Shown: positions 23,992 through 38,897 of the stretch, in pieces
Numbering within the stretch: position 1 is the stretch's first letter
How the letters are laid out: each line of letters begins with the position of its first letter
NCBI GenBank assembly: GCA_030248215.1
Contig: JASANG010000627.1
Span: 496,001 to 560,000, forward strand
Direction of reading: 5' to 3'
DNA length: 64,000 bases
Source: Enoplolaimus lenunculus
Lineage: Eukaryota
Program-made: the position numbers and the translations under genes
Notes under the pieces: model-generated
The model's input: the letters and a program-made list of their open reading frames with translations, nothing else
What the model was told of the DNA's origin: nothing
Database searches by the model: none

Positions 23992-24316
23992 CAGGGTACA
24001 ACCGGAGATCTACGTCCGGCTCCGGCAGAAAATAGACCTCCGGCTCCGGTAGAATTTTTGCTGGAGGTTCCGGCAATTTTGGTAGTAAACTTTTGCATAG
24101 TTTTGCAAAATTTACCTGTTTAGCGCGTTTTGTTTTACTTTTGTCACAATTTTCAGGAAAGAATTTCCGAAATTTCGCAGAAAATTAGCATAAAACCAAA
24201 CAACTTAACAACATATTGCAGATATTGGCTAAGATTAACTAATTAACCACCATTTTTACTAGCTAATTTCGCCTCACCTCCGGTTCCGGTATTGTTCCGC
24301 TTCCGGTTGCACCCTG
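23992..24316. mobile_element. hAT-like MITE family 2, nested in a GC-rich MITE (~23903-24394)
   Basis: TIRs CAGGGTACAACCGGA / TCCGGTTGCACCCTG. Perfect TSD CGAGCAAG. Confidence 0.9.
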
Positions 24317-26736
24317 CGAGCAAGGTAGTGGGGTCCAAATTTTTCCAGGGGGGCTGAGCCACAACACCCTAGCCCCTTTTGGCTGCGGACACGGGGCGCT
24401 TAAATAGTAAACGCTATGAAAACATACCTGGATACAAACCGCTATTTACACATTTCCCCAGTTTAAGCGTAATTCTCTAAACCAAACTTAAACCTAAGCT
24501 TTTATTCCAAAATATGAAAAGATCGGAAATTGCATAGGGAAACTTACAAGGGGCAAAAAGATACGAACGTAAACTAAATTCTTTCATTTGACAAGAGTTC
24601 AACTAAATCCAACGTTCACGTCATACTATAAAAATTGCTATATTACAATATGGAATGCACATTAACCGTGTTCCAAACATAGGTTATATTATATGCAGTT
24701 CTAAGCTGTCCTTAAAGGCAGAAAATTATCTTTCAATGTTCACTAAATATGAGATTAACCGGCACACATTTTGGACCAAACTTTAAACAGATGCCGACGC
24801 TCACGTGGGTTACCAAGCGTAGTTTTTTTGAACTCTGCGTTTGATGTTGTTATAAATTCAACTGTTTTTAACAACAAACGAACAAACATTTAAATCATTA
24901 TGCACTAAATCGCAGATTCTTGGCAAACAAACTCAACCATAATGGTATAAGTAAAAACAACACTGGTAAAGTTACAAAAAAGCGTTGTGGAAATTTCAGA
25001 AAAAAATTAATGTAACCAGCTATACCTTTGCGCAGTTAAACCCAAAAAATGTGTTTCATGTGCAACACTTCCGCATTACAACGTTCAACAGTAATAACTC
25101 TAAAATGTCATAAATTATGAACGAATTTCGAATGTATGGTTCAGTTCGAAAACCCACTAAGTGCTCAGTCATTAAAACCAAAGTACCATGACGAAAGATC
25201 GGGTTAACTTTAAAAATAGTTTCAAAATCGACTACTATGATCAGTTTAGCTTTGATAGACAGTTTAATAGCCGATATTCAAAAAATTAATACAGTTCCCA
25301 ATTTATTTTGTTGAACGTTTAGTTTTGGTCAAATAGTTGTTTTGGTAAACTTGAGTCTTGGACAAGTATATGCAACGTCGAGTTGCATCGACTTGCGTTC
25401 ATCCGGCAACTGTTAAAATACACACATTTATATTTAGAGTATAAATTGTCTCAAATTACTGCTGCCGTTGAAAAATTAATTCTACTGGAGCCCAGTTGAC
25501 AACCCCAACTCTATATTTTGTGAACTTCCAAAATCTTCAACAACGATTCGGTGCCTTGAAGCTACCTGGAGCAAATAGGTGTTTGCAACGAGATCCATGA
25601 CCATACTATGCGCCGTACACAATAAAAGGTACACATACCGCCAAATTGCTAGACTACTGCACTCTGAGACTACATTTCTAGTAACAGTTTATATTCAAAA
25701 ATAGGCATGTCTTACAAATAGTTCTGAAGCGATTTTGACCCGTTCAAAATCGATCTCAATTTCTCTGGCTAAAAATGTAAAAAGCCACAGGTTGTTACCT
25801 TTCGTATTGCACCTAATTTAAACATATCTACAATTAGCGCAATATTTTGATATGCTGTATCATTTAGTTTAGTCTCTTTGCAAATCTGTTCTTTACTATG
25901 TTCGAAGCCGGAATATTAAGTAGCAGTGCAAGAGATGACTTATACCAAAACGTTACTATAAGATGACATTCTGACACTATTTAGCAATATCCTTACCCTA
26001 AATTTATTTGTGTATAAAAATTGGTTCGAAAGCCCTTGAAGAACGCAGCTGCACGCCCTTAATCTTGCATATACCTGCTGGCGAAAATGTTCGCTAGCGC
26101 AATCGTTCTATTTATACTAGTAAATTGTTTTTAGGCTACGCTACAATAGGTAATCATTGAGTTGAAACTAAGTCGCAAACATGCACAAAATATAATGTAT
26201 ATCACTGGTTTATTAAATTCTTTCCGAAACAAAAGATTTAAGCATAGGTTACAGGTAGCAATATGAACAAACCTTGTCAGTAACGCGTCGTAAGAAACGA
26301 GTCCAAGCGGAAAAACACTCATGATTGTTCGATAAGCAAAAATTCTTGATCAGGGGTGCCAAACGTAGAACTTTCTTCATAAAACGAAAAAATCTGGAAT
26401 GCGCCCTACCGAAAAAAGGCGACATTTGCCATTGTTTACTGGGCCAATTTAACTTTCAGGGACACATCAGTAATAAAAGCACATTCCTAAGCGTAAGCCT
26501 ATGCCTTCGTTTAACAATAAGCCTATAGGCCGAGGCTAAGGTCGAAGTATAAGCTTAACTTATAATAACATTAACTTTCAAACTTTAACAAATTGACAGA
26601 AAAACAATTACCAAAGTTAGTTTTAGATTAATGAAATAGTTTGCATCAAAAATACTGCGCTATACCTACAGTTAGATTACTAACAATAATGGGCACCTGC
26701 AGGTATATGAAAGAAGATGTAACTGCAGTCACCTGC

Positions 26737-26906
26737 CGGGCAAGTAGCAAAGTGGAAAAAGGGGGCTCAGCCCCTCCCCTGCAAAATTTTGGCCCCGCCT
26801 AGAAGACTTTCAACCTTGCTTGTAAGTCACTGGAAACCTTTAATTGCCCTTTGCCTTTCCAGAAAATTTTTTAGCCCCCTAGCAAGGCTGGCTTGCTACG
26901 GGCCTG
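26737..26906. mobile_element. GC-rich MITE (CAGGCCCGTAGC-type termini)
   Basis: Right end GCTACGGGCCTG. TSD TCACCTGC/TCACCTGG. Internal TTTCAACCTTGCTTG(C/T)AAGTCA is shared with ~5030-5195, and similar sequence occurs at ~4030-4165 and ~19895-20070. Confidence 0.78.
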
Positions 26907-29900
26907 TCACCTGGATTTCCTAAACGATCTTATAATCGCAAATATATCTAAAGTTCCCTAGCAGAGAGAGGGGGTCCTCAACGAACATCTGAGCTTGTCC
27001 CGCATCGTCACCTCTGCTGACGTCGATATTTACTAGACACGTACCTAGTAATACTGCTAAGTGCACAAGTGTAGGGTACCAAAAATTACTTCCGTCTCCC
27101 TTACAATTCTCATCTCAAAGTTTTCCCCCTGGAATGTCGGCGCTTGTGGCCTTACACTTGTCAGCACTTTAGGGAAACCGTAGTAAGAGAGAAAACTTTA
27201 AAAACACGAGATGCAGCAGTTTATCCCAGAACAGACCCCATTTGCGTACCACAACCCCAAATTCTGGCCGTGACCGCAGATATACAAATGTGCCGTCATA
27301 TTTCATAATTTGAAAACTTCATTATGTTCTACTGTTGGAAGCGAACGATACGAAATATTGACTTAAAAATTCAACCACTTTCACCGCATTTACCGTTAAA
27401 TATTGTACGCATTTAACGGGTTTAGTCTATTACAAAAACCTTTTACATGATTGATTACAGTAAAGTTGCGGTACAAAATGGCTCTCGTTTTGAATTGAGA
27501 TTCAAGTTTGGATTGAAAACGAAACTTCAACCGGTACAACAAGGATCTGTATTCTAAAGCTATGATCGAGGCTGTTACTTTGTCAGCAATTTACAAACAT
27601 AACGACTCATCGAGACCAGATTCAACGGTTTACAGTTTCGATACGTCATGTGCTAAAAAATCATAACTTTATCTGTCAATTTGTGAAGGGCACCATACAT
27701 AGATGAGAAATGAAACTTTTGTCACACAATAGATTTGGCTATGACGAGCCTTTTCAAATACTAGGAACGTGAGCGTTAGCGCAACCTAAACTCTAATGTA
27801 TCTATAGTGTATGAAAGCTTCTAGTTGACAAAAACTAAAAAACCTACTTATACTACGCGTGAGTACTGCCAGCTAACTTGTAAGTGGTTCTACTGGTTTA
27901 GTTCGATTTTAGCAAAACGTGGTAACTATACATGTACTCTGTTAACACAGAACTATGTTTTCAGAAGATAAAAGAAAACACAGAGGCACATCATGGAATA
28001 TATATTAACATCAAGGTTGGCTTTATTTAAATTGGAATAAACTGAGGCCAGTGTGGGACGGGCTAGGCCTAATCGAGTTGGGCCACTGCATGGGTCCAGG
28101 CACGGACCATCGACCTTAAGTGACGCGGGCGGGCATTTGCTGGGTTCAAAATTATTAACACATGGGCCGAGTAAATAAAGCGTTCACATGGTATTTCGTA
28201 TTAATATCGAAATGGCATAGTGATGATCGCAAGTTAACGATCACGCTCGAAAAGTGTTATTTTCTGAGAGTATTAAAATATTACTAATAACATGTTTCGC
28301 ACTATAATCTATTTAAGGTTTGCTTGCAAGCCCCACTTGCGTACAGATATAATCGATTGTCCCAATCATGCTTAACATGCAAAATAGAATGGTGTTAATT
28401 TTTCAGCAATTTGAAAGCTGATTCAAAGACTTAAGACGAAAATGCTTACTACAGTGGCACATTTGGTTGTGACAGCATTTATGCGTATTTGTCAGTGTTA
28501 ATAAAACTGAAATTATATTATCCTTGACATGAGAGTAGTCACATGAAATTTAGTTGGAAGAAGCACGTTGTCATTGAATTTATGTTCAATATAATGAGCG
28601 CAACGAGCAAGAACAAGAAACAGTGACGTTTTGCAGTCGAGGTTAAACTTAAAGTAACAAACTAAGAAACAACAGAACAAATTGCAGCCAAGCATGACCA
28701 ACGCTACAGCGGCGTACCCTTGAGTTTCTAGGGGAGATACGTTTTCATGTTTGATAATTTTAGTTTTCGAACCGTGTTTAGCTTTAGCGAATACGTCGAC
28801 ATTGAAAAGCTTAAGACGAATACTTTCGAAATTTTCATTCATAATATAAACCGTTGCCAACGAACGTAAATACACTTCAAAATTGCAACTGAAACAAGCT
28901 AGCACATAATATGCGCGCTGTGATACAGGGTGGTTGTCTGGAAAAAATTGGCCGAACATTTAAATTAGACCTTGCGTCCTCCACAATAAAAGACAAATAT
29001 GGGGCATTGCTTGTAATAAGAATTGCTTTTCACTGCAAAAAGCAATACAAAAAGTATACAAATATCACAAATAAGAAGTGGTAAAGCGCAACCAGCATTC
29101 TTTTACGAATTTAAAAATAGTGATAGTATCACAAATTTTCAATTTTAACAAAGAAAGTTCCAAGCAGTTACAATATTAAAGATTGCGTTATACTTCACGA
29201 ACGCCGCGTAGTACGCCGCTATGTGCGCAGCTTATGACAGCGCCCTTGCGGCACACAGCAAAGCGAAATATAGCGCAAGCCTAAAGATTGTTCAGCTTGT
29301 CAATAAACAGAAAACGTACCTTACACCGCTATTCTATTATGTCATGAAATTGACGCGTATTGGCATTAAAATTACCTTGTTAATTATCGTCAATATGTTG
29401 AATAGGTTGCTGTTTAATAAATTGCATAACATTAAATGTTAGAAAAATAGCCTAAGTCGATGTTTGCAGTTGTGTATTAGTTTATACTCCGCAAAGTATA
29501 CGTTTAAATTTACTCTGTGATGGTATGACATTTTTGTAAAAAATATTGAAAAAACATGAACATAGCATGTTTGTGTGTATATTGCCACTGTAAATATAGT
29601 AATAGACGCGTTCAAATTGTTATCCAGTACAGCCGATACCATTCATCTTTCCCCCTTTGAAAGATAGCGATGAACCGTTGTAGGAATACCAGCAAAACTG
29701 AGCCGACCTGCTATTTCAACAAGTTTTGCGGTTTCGACACAATTCAGGTTACGCATCGTATGCTTTTTCCAGTATTAATTTGTCTGACTGGAAGTTCACA
29801 TAGGTAAAAATAGCAAAAAATTAAAATTCTGCACAGTGCTCTAATTAAACATTTGAGCATTCCGTGGTAAGCATAAAATTCAGCGTTATAACAACTACGA

Positions 29901-29984
29901 CGGCAATTTAAACATGAGGTTTATTATCAAAATGCCTGGATAAGTGGGTCGAGAAAAAGTATGAGTTCCAAGCTTTCAAAGTTT

Positions 29985-30153
29985 GGCCCATGTTACATCA
30001 CTTTGAGGGGTGTTCTCTTTTGTAAGGAATTCTCGAGTATAAGGTTTTATACTAATTTTTTGTTTAGACTCAGGCATAGGTAAACTTAGTTATACCTTAT
30101 GCTTGGCTTTATATGCTTGTACCACTGTTACGCCACTCAAAGAAACATAGGCC
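29985..30153. mobile_element. Telomere-repeat MITE, old degenerate copy
   Basis: GGCCCATGTTAC.../...AACATAGGCC ends. Flanks CAAAGTTT/AAAAATTT (6/8 match). Decayed TTAGGC-like units. Similar fragments occur near 26441-26560, 34310-34460, 44798-44891 (lacks repeats), 52770-52900 and 58639-58820. Confidence 0.6.
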
Positions 30154-32350
30154 AAAAATTTTGGTAGTTTGCGAATCTAGAACGAGCCACTAAAGTTAAA
30201 TACAATATATTCACATTTTACTGAATGCAGTTTTAACTACAAGAAGCTTATGAAACATACGATATACCAAGATTGTGTCACTGGCGGATCCAAAAAATCT
30301 TTGGTAGAGAACACAGGATACATAATAATGAGAAAACCTGTTGACCGATGCGAACTAGAAGCTACAGGCAATTTTAGTACTAAATCTTAAAAGTATTTTG
30401 GTATTGATACCTGTTGCAGGCCTGGGTTCAAGTATTCGCCCTTGGATCAGCCAGCGGAACTGCTATATATACATCGCAAATGCAGTGTAAAACGGACAAA
30501 CGTAACATTAGTACTAAATCTTGATACAAAATTTCATTTTTGATACCTGTTCGGTTGCCTTTGCCTAAGTTGGCCACCCTTGGATCAACCAGCGGGTGTG
30601 TCTAAATATAAATGATACGTATGAAACTTTACCTATTGACAGTAAAATTATATATGTAAAAGTTATACATGCGTCGCTAGGTAACTTCGATATATATTAG
30701 CTTCAAAAGCAAAACTAACAGTTATTTCATATATAAATAACATAAAATCATTGATAACCAAACCGGACACATGTAACCATAGAAAAATTTAGCCTAAAAC
30801 AAGTTAAATATAGAAAGGACAACGCTATTTTAACAGCAAGTATATGCGACGCACTTAGTCTTTACTCAGCAAATTTTGCATCTACAGACTGTTGGAGTAT
30901 AACTTGAAGGCATAACTCTGAGGTTGAAATTTTATAAGCAACGCCAAAAGCTGAATCATTTTTGTTTTCAGTAGTGTGTAAACTGGTTTTGAAAACAACG
31001 AAAACGGATAGTGATTGAAATAACGGCAACAGAAAACTGATACAGGTATAAAAATTAAAAAAAACTGTTTTATTTTTCCGCCAATAGGTACAATTTAATT
31101 GAGGTTACACTAATATTTACCCGACTATAAGTTAAGCTCTATAGAAAAACGTGAATGCACCCATAGTATCTTAGATCTTGAATTGTGGACAATTTTATTT
31201 TATTAAATCGAGTAATTGTAGCATATCTATTTTTAAAATCTTAAAGATTCTTTAGTGATTTATAGCTAACTACAAGCATGTAACTAACGTCATTTCCGGT
31301 ATTTCTGTAACGGAAACGGACACAGATTTTGCCGTAAACAGATATCTGGCTCCGTTATGTTTTTAACAATTACTTTTTAAATACTGCAGAGAGTAAACTG
31401 TGTATAGAAGCACCGTTAGCCTTTTTCCAGTGTCAAAATAATTGCAAGTAAATGCACTACGAATACTTCCACTACATGCGGAGGTTTAGATACAAAAAAA
31501 TTAAAAACACTGTTTTAGGTCAACCTTATTATTCGGGAGCCAGAAACATCAAAAAATTGTTGCAAAAACGGTTCTAGAAACTTTATAATTATCACACGCA
31601 ATTCAGGCAATAAAGGCAATTTGCATGAACAAAAAGAATATTTTTGTTATGTAGTATAACTTCGTCACTATCGAGGAAGCCTTATAAAACAAAACATCAA
31701 AATGTTTTTGTCTTTTGAATCAATATTTCCGGGTGATTAAAGCAACAAGAGAATGGTTAGCATTAGTTCGATAACGTTGGCTTGTAGAAACATTGCTTAA
31801 GTCGAACTTCAGTCAGGACAGTTACTTAGGTAATCACTTAGCTTTAAATGTAGAAATTGCTAATAAAAATGGAGGCATTGAAGAAGTCAACCGTCTCATA
31901 GCAAAGTTAACCGTTCAGAATCAATAAAGATCTCAGGCGCTACTGAAGTGACTCGAATACCCGAGGAGAGACTGATATTATATTTTGCATCTCCACAGGG
32001 TATCCCAACCACTATTCAAGTCTGGTCTGTTATTTATTTTTCAACCCAGCCCCAGTTGTTTGGATAGCGCACCTTTCATAGAGTGGCGCTATACTTGTCG
32101 TGCGGCGACGTCTGTTTATCCTAAATTTGAAATTTTAATTATTTGCAATTAGAACTGTGTTTCCAGGCAAATTCCTGATAGAAACACCAACAATACCATA
32201 TTTAGTGTTCGAAATCATTGACTACTTCATTTTGTGTCTTGTTACCACTTTATTCTTCAAAACTAATTGGAATATTCGTGCTTAAAGTAAACAAACGTAA
32301 TTTGACCTAGTGAAACTTTCCCCATTTTTTGCATAAGTCGTGCTAATCAG

Positions 32351-32687
32351 CAGGCTGCAGCCGGAATTATGAATACCGGAACCGGAACGTTAAAAAATGC
32401 CGGAACCGGAAGACAAAAAATACTTGTTACCGAAAAATTCATTTTCAACACTATTTTATCGCTTTTAAAATGAAATAAACACACCATTTAGAATGCCAAA
32501 ATCCTGAAACAAAAGCAGTTAAGTGGAAACATATGATAAATTATGAAGTATAGCACAAAATGAAAATTTTGGAAATACACGCTCAGAAAACTGTAGTTAG
32601 AATAATGTCAATTTTTATTCAATTTTTGAATGAGAAAAATATTCAATCCCTATTTCACTACCGGAACCAGCATTCCGGTTGCATTTG
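32351..32687. mobile_element. hAT-like MITE family 3
   Basis: Perfect TSD CTAATCAG. Internal sequence ACACCATTTAGAATGCCAAAATCCTGAAACAAA is shared with 49083-49470. Confidence 0.85.
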
Positions 32688-34522
32688 CTAATCAGAGTGT
32701 ATGTCTGCAACTTTATGGCAATTTGGAAAACTTATTTGTTAATAGAATGTAAACGTATAGCGTCTAAAATAACGAAAGCAATTATAGGCGAGTAAAAGTT
32801 TCAAAGGTTGCAAAAACTAGATGAATTTCGGCATTTACACTTGAAATCGAATAAATACTGTAGCATATTTATAATGAAAAATTGCACGATTTACAGCAGA
32901 TTATTTATGTGAGCATATTAAAACTAACAGAATTAGCTGTATTTCAATAACGGAATCGGACATCGATTTTGCCGGAAACGCATATCCAGTTATATTTTTC
33001 CGTTAATAGCCGGTAACTGATTTGCCTCGCGATTATAGTTTACGCCTAAGCGCAACGTGAACTGGAAGTTTTTGGGTTCGTTCCGAATCGCTTCATTACC
33101 AGGGTGTTGCCGGATATCCGTTTCTGTTTCCGGCAAAAATCGTTGCCCGTTTCCGTTTATAGAAATACCAGAAATTCTATTATTTTCATGCTCAAAATTA
33201 GTTGTAAATCACTTATCTCGCAATTTTTCATGACAAATATGCTGCGATTGTTCGCTACAAAATAAAAATTACGAATTTCATCCAAAATATCAACATTTTA
33301 GGTGCATCCAACATTTTTTCTTCAAAATTTTACAAAGCAGGGTTAAAAATGGCACATGGGTGAGCCTCATCTATGTATGGCCCAAACGTTAAATCCAAAC
33401 GATACAATTTTTTGTACGTATAGAAAACTTCACTACCAAAATTGTCGGTAGAAATTATCCCTAGGCCGAAGGTCGATTTTGCCACCGGATCCGGACGCAG
33501 ACCTTTGTACCGGACATCTGTTTCTGTTAAAATCCACAATCCGTTTCCGATATTTCGATACCTATCCGTTTCCGTTACTATCCGTTTACACATTGCCTAC
33601 GGTACATTTTGTTTGATGTTAAAGCCTCGTAGGCTTTTGTATCGAACTAACAAAGTTTTAGCAAGAACCAGGCGTATTTTTCAGCTGAGGCACAATACAA
33701 CCGGAGGCAAAAACATACCGGAAACTAGTAGGTCGACAAGTTTCAAGAAATAACATGCTACAGTCACGAATTGCTAAAAACATAATGACAACAACACTTT
33801 ATTTAATCTACAAAACAAACATTAAATACAAACTTGACTATTCAGGTATAAATATACTGTTACATGATATCATTCAACCAGTTTTCTACAACAGTTGATA
33901 GTGCCATCATTTTATCACTCCTCAGTCCTCATGTAGAAATCGCAAAAACTCTCAGCTTCAAAAAGTCCGAGTTCATAGATACCAGCTGAAAATCACAGAA
34001 AAGGTTAAGACGCCAATTTTTTGAATACAAATCAAATTATGAACTTTTGACAAATTTTACTTGGCGCAAAAACATTTATGTAATGTTAGAACGTGAAGTC
34101 TGATTACAAATAATAAAATGCTCACCTCTAGCAAGCAACTACTCAACAATTCACCGATAAATGTAAACCAGAACCAAACTAGACAGACCAGTGATCACAG
34201 GAAATGCACATAATGGCATATAGGTAAGCGTAAGTCTTTCTATATAACATTTATAAAGTCAGTCGATTAGACAGTTATTATGACGTATGATCCGTGTTGC
34301 GTTTAAGGAGGTCCCAATTTCCAGTGGGACTGCAATAGAGTACACTTAAGCCTTGCACTGATTTTCTGGTCAAGCTCAGGTTTAGATTTAGACTTGTCAA
34401 TATGTTGAGGCTTAGGTTTAGGCATATGCTTAAAATACTGTTACACTGCTAAAAGTAATAACTTCGTATATTATCCCCAATATGTCTTCATTTCTAGATG
34501 GTTGAGTTGGTAAAGAGGTCAA

Positions 34523-37500
34523 TTAGTTGTACGCCTGGGATCGTGCAGATTCAATTTTAGCATGCGATAAGAAATCGTGAGTTGTTAGTGCAGGTGGTCG
34601 AATTTGGTCTTCCACGGTAGCGCCCCGTATAAGTAGGTCCGGCTCGTCTTTGTATACATCGGTAAAAACAAGCTCAACCGGAGGATCTGCGCTACGATCT
34701 GCAGTTGCAAATGCTGTTTCGATTGATTGCCGAACTTCTTTGTCGATGTTCTGCAAAAAACGTGACACATCTCATTGATGTATTATGTCTGGAAGAATTT
34801 ATAGCGGCACACTATTCGGTCTAGTAGCATATAACCGACATCGTAGCTAGGATAATATCTTCAATACATAACCGCCAACTAAATCAAGACTAAATCACAA
34901 GCCGAGACATTATTAAATATTAATTTCACAAGAGTGTTTTTAATCTTTTGGCAAGCACATAAAGCAACACGGTCTAAATTTCAAACCAGTATTGCTTTAG
35001 TGTTAACTATTTTACCGCTAAAACACGCAGATTATTCAGTGCTCACCTTTAATTCGCTTTCTTGAATTGCGCCAGTTGCAATTAATTCATCTTTAAAACC
35101 AACAATAGGATCACGTGTTTTCCGCACTTCTTGAATTTCTTCTCTTGTTCGATAGCTAAAATGCTAACATATATTATTATACTAGATAGTTCAAAGCTTC
35201 ATGCAAACATACACTGCTGTACAAAATAACCAAATTCATTTAATAAAAATAATTTAACTCGTTTACATATAGATTGTTAGCAAAAAATCAATATCAACTT
35301 TTAGGTTTGCAGAATACTGCAGTGCGGCAATGCATCTCCTAGCCCCAAAACATACTATGTTCCTACATAAAAATAAAGGCCGCACCTTGTGCCTGGATCA
35401 CTCATACTATGCCCATGATAACGATACGTTGCCATTTCCAGAACAAGCGGTCCTTTGCCCGCTCGACAATATTCATTCGCAAATGCAGTTGCTTGGCGCA
35501 CAGCCAACACGTCCATCGCATCAACCTAAACATAATCAGAGACACACTTGCAGTATATATATATGCGTACACGGTGGCCCAAAACTCCATCATATTCTAC
35601 ATCCAAAAATTAAGTTCAGAGCCTAATAATTTTACAATGTGCAAAATAGTACACTTCACATACAATAATAACAAGCTAATCTCACAACATTCACATGATA
35701 TTGTATCACTATCTTTCTAAACTCGTAACATTCTGTCTCCGCCCATTACAAGGTGCCTTTGAGAACTTACTCCAAAAGAATACAATACACGTCAGTCCGG
35801 GTAATTCACAACACGGGTAAAGTAATTTTAGTTTTTCAAAGTATCTCTGTCATCAGGCAAATCTAAACAGCACACCAAACCCCGCTTATTGCTTTTGATA
35901 TGCTAAGAGCATTCTACATTCCGTCTACAACCAGCACTTTAAAACAGCTAGCATTAATAACTCGTTTGAAATATACAAGATTACCCAGATGCCAGGAACA
36001 TAATCACCGCGAGTATAATAGTCAGTAGACGCAGACGCACGATCCACTGAAGTTCCCATGCCATAACCATTGTTTTCGCATACGAAAATACACGGCAAGT
36101 CCCACAACGAGGCAATGTTGATAGCTTAAATTGCATTGAATTTAACAAACAAAATGTGGTTAGAGAATTTAACCACTTAGTTTCAGATCTAGTGCTATTA
36201 GCCTTAAGTTTGATAAATCATATTATGTTTTTATGCAAATTGAACAACTAGGTTCAATATTCTTATATGCCGATTGCACCTAACACCAGTTAGCGATCGG
36301 TTGTCAAACGGACAAACTTGTGCAACTGCGGATCTCAAAATTGGCGCAGTAGTAGTAGAAACCGGATCCAGAAACTGTGCTGAATTTCGTGCCTCTCCAT
36401 TCACCTGTTGGAAAAATACAAAACCTAGATCGGTATTCGATGACAATACTAATCCAAATCGAATATTGTAATCAGAAAATCCGAAACGTCTGTGAGATTT
36501 AGGCTGCAGTGTGATTGCACCGCAGTGAAAAATGTTGATCATTTCATTTATGCTAACACTAACCTTCAAATAATTGACCCTGGTTGGCAGCTCCATCGCC
36601 ATATAATGCAGCACAAACGCCTGGTTCTTTACGATACTTGAATGCAAAAGCAACTCCGGCACCAAGGGGTACCTAAAGTATTGATCAAAACATAAAAATA
36701 AGTAAAATGTTACGTGAAGCTGAAATAATTACAAAAACTAAAATGGTTTAACATGAATATGATTTTCGGTTTCTATATGTATATCAACTTTTAAATAGCC
36801 ACTAACCTGAGCCCCAACGATTCCGTTTCCACCATAGAAATTTTTAGCGTACATATGCATAGACCCGCCTTTGCCGTATACGTTTCCACTAACTTTACCT
36901 ATAAAGTAAACATTGTAATACACAATTCAAAAAATTTATTACTTAAATCACAACATGTGTTCCTATACTATGAAAAAATTGGTATAAATTCTAATTAAGA
37001 TACGCAGAAAATTTCATTCTAGGGCCCGAGAACTGTATGCACTGATTGAAAACCAATATGCGTCAAACACTTTAAGCAAAAACATTTTTCTAATACAGCA
37101 GATTACAATATGACTATTCGAATGAAGATTAGTTTTGAATTAATCTTAAAATGTTGGCAATATCAATCTATAAACAGTTCTCAAATGAGGTGTGGCGTTA
37201 CGTACAATGTATGCAACTTGTACCTCCTAGTTCGGCAAGTACATCTTGCGGAGGAACACCCATTAAGTAGGTCCAGCCATGACACCTAAAACAGATAACG
37301 TTACAGCTGAACTAAATACTGTTCGACTAATTTCAACAAAGAGCGATACATAACCGATGCTTAAGTTGTTTGCTTTTTAGCGAGCTGTTTGTTTGTTTAG
37401 TCTTCTCACACAATATATAGTAATAAAAATGCAATAAAAATGAAACTAACCGGTACGCAGTAATAACAGCATCGTGGTCCGTCATCGCGCTACGCATTCC

Positions 37501-38897
37501 TACTGCTATTGCTTCCTACAAATGTGAAAGTTAAAATAATTCGGTATAACAAAAATAAGAAGGAAATGTCGATTAAAACGTATAAAATGGAACAAACAAA
37601 CAGCACAGTTAAAAAGTTTATATATCTCGTTTTTGCAACATTTGAAGTTGAGTGTCTCTTAACAGACAACTTTACAGCTAATTTATGTCATAGCCTATTG
37701 ATCTTACAGCAACGTCTCCGTTGCAAAGGGGATCAGTCGGCGATAAGTATTGTTTAAATCATCATCCGTATATAGCTCACCTGCCCCGAGTATAAATGAC
37801 AAAAGCCACGAATCTTTTTTTCCTTGTACATATTTGCCGCTACAGTTTCCATACGTCGTATGGTTTGCATCTGCGTGTACAACAACTTTGCTTCTTCGAC
37901 ACTAATACTAGCTTTCGTATCTGGTCCTTCAGTTAGTCGGTGTAGCTTGAAAGCCTAAAAATCAGTGCTTTGATAGAAGTCATTTCCACATCTATATTAA
38001 AAACGCAACGCTGGCGGATCCAAAATGGTTAAACCGGCCGTGACCCCAAACACGGATCAAAATAAAGATTTTGTACTAAGACTTGGCGCTAATATGGCGT
38101 CCGGCTCCTGATCGCTAAGCTCGCGAAGTTTTTCCACTATTATCTCTCATCTCGCACGGTCCTCCTTTTAGAAATATCTAAATCCGCCAATGCAACGGAA
38201 GTACCACAGAACAAAACTAAGTTTTATCAGTGAAACTAGAATAGAACTGAATCGTACCACTTATATTATAAACATATTCAGTTATGTAACATTTAAAACT
38301 CTGACGACCTACGAAACTGAACCAAGTTTGTGACAATTTTATGACAAAAATTACTGAAATAATGTAAAAAGACGTAATTTAGTTGAGCGGTTCCTGAAAT
38401 TTTCGCCAGACGGACATCCACTTTTCGTTCAGAGATGTGCCGTCTCGATCTCGGTCTCAACAGGTCACAGTATATATATATTTGGCTAGTCTCGGTCACG
38501 TATTTCTGAGTCCCGGTAGACTTCAAACCGAGACCATCTTTCCGCTCAACGCTCACTGTAAACGCATTGTCAGTCTTGGTTTTGTTAAAAAAATTTTCCG
38601 GATGTTTTTACTTTAATATTATAAAATAACCGGCTATTTTTTGCAGATACAGCAATTTCTTAACCTAGAACAATACAGATGTAGGAAAAAACATTGAAAA
38701 CTTTGTTGACAAACATAAACTACTACTGATTGTTATATACCGGCACTTCAAAATTAAGTGTCGCTGCGCTTGATAACGGCTGCATTGAAACTACAGCTTT
38801 CATAGGTCCAATTGCATTTGGCGCCTAAAATCAGCAAGAACGTGATTAGCATTCATGATATAAAGCGAACCGCAAATGTTACTGAAGTACTTGCCAT
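34523..38897 (-). CDS. PDHA1: Pyruvate dehydrogenase E1 component subunit alpha, mitochondrial (~409 aa, 11 exons)
   Basis: Exons: 38871-38897 (start uncertain), 38741-38824, 37781-37954, 37451-37515, 37224-37285, 36807-36898, 36564-36672, 35985-36124, 35386-35525, 35047-35155, 34523-34750. Motifs: [48 protein letters not shown]-binding [24 protein letters not shown], phospho-loop [21 protein letters not shown]. Alternative upstream coding exons near 38949-39070 are possible. Confidence 0.96.

Noticed and set aside
28513..28959. 148-aa minus-strand ORF
   Set aside because: No recognisable motif or splice context. It begins in a TACAGGGTG TIR-like fragment, so it is probably a chance ORF.
21700..34500. 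Hidden gene in the 12.8-kb interval between NHE and PDHA1
   Set aside because: Only MITE fragments and short ORFs were seen. Non-coding 5' exons of NHE or small exons cannot be excluded without RNA data.
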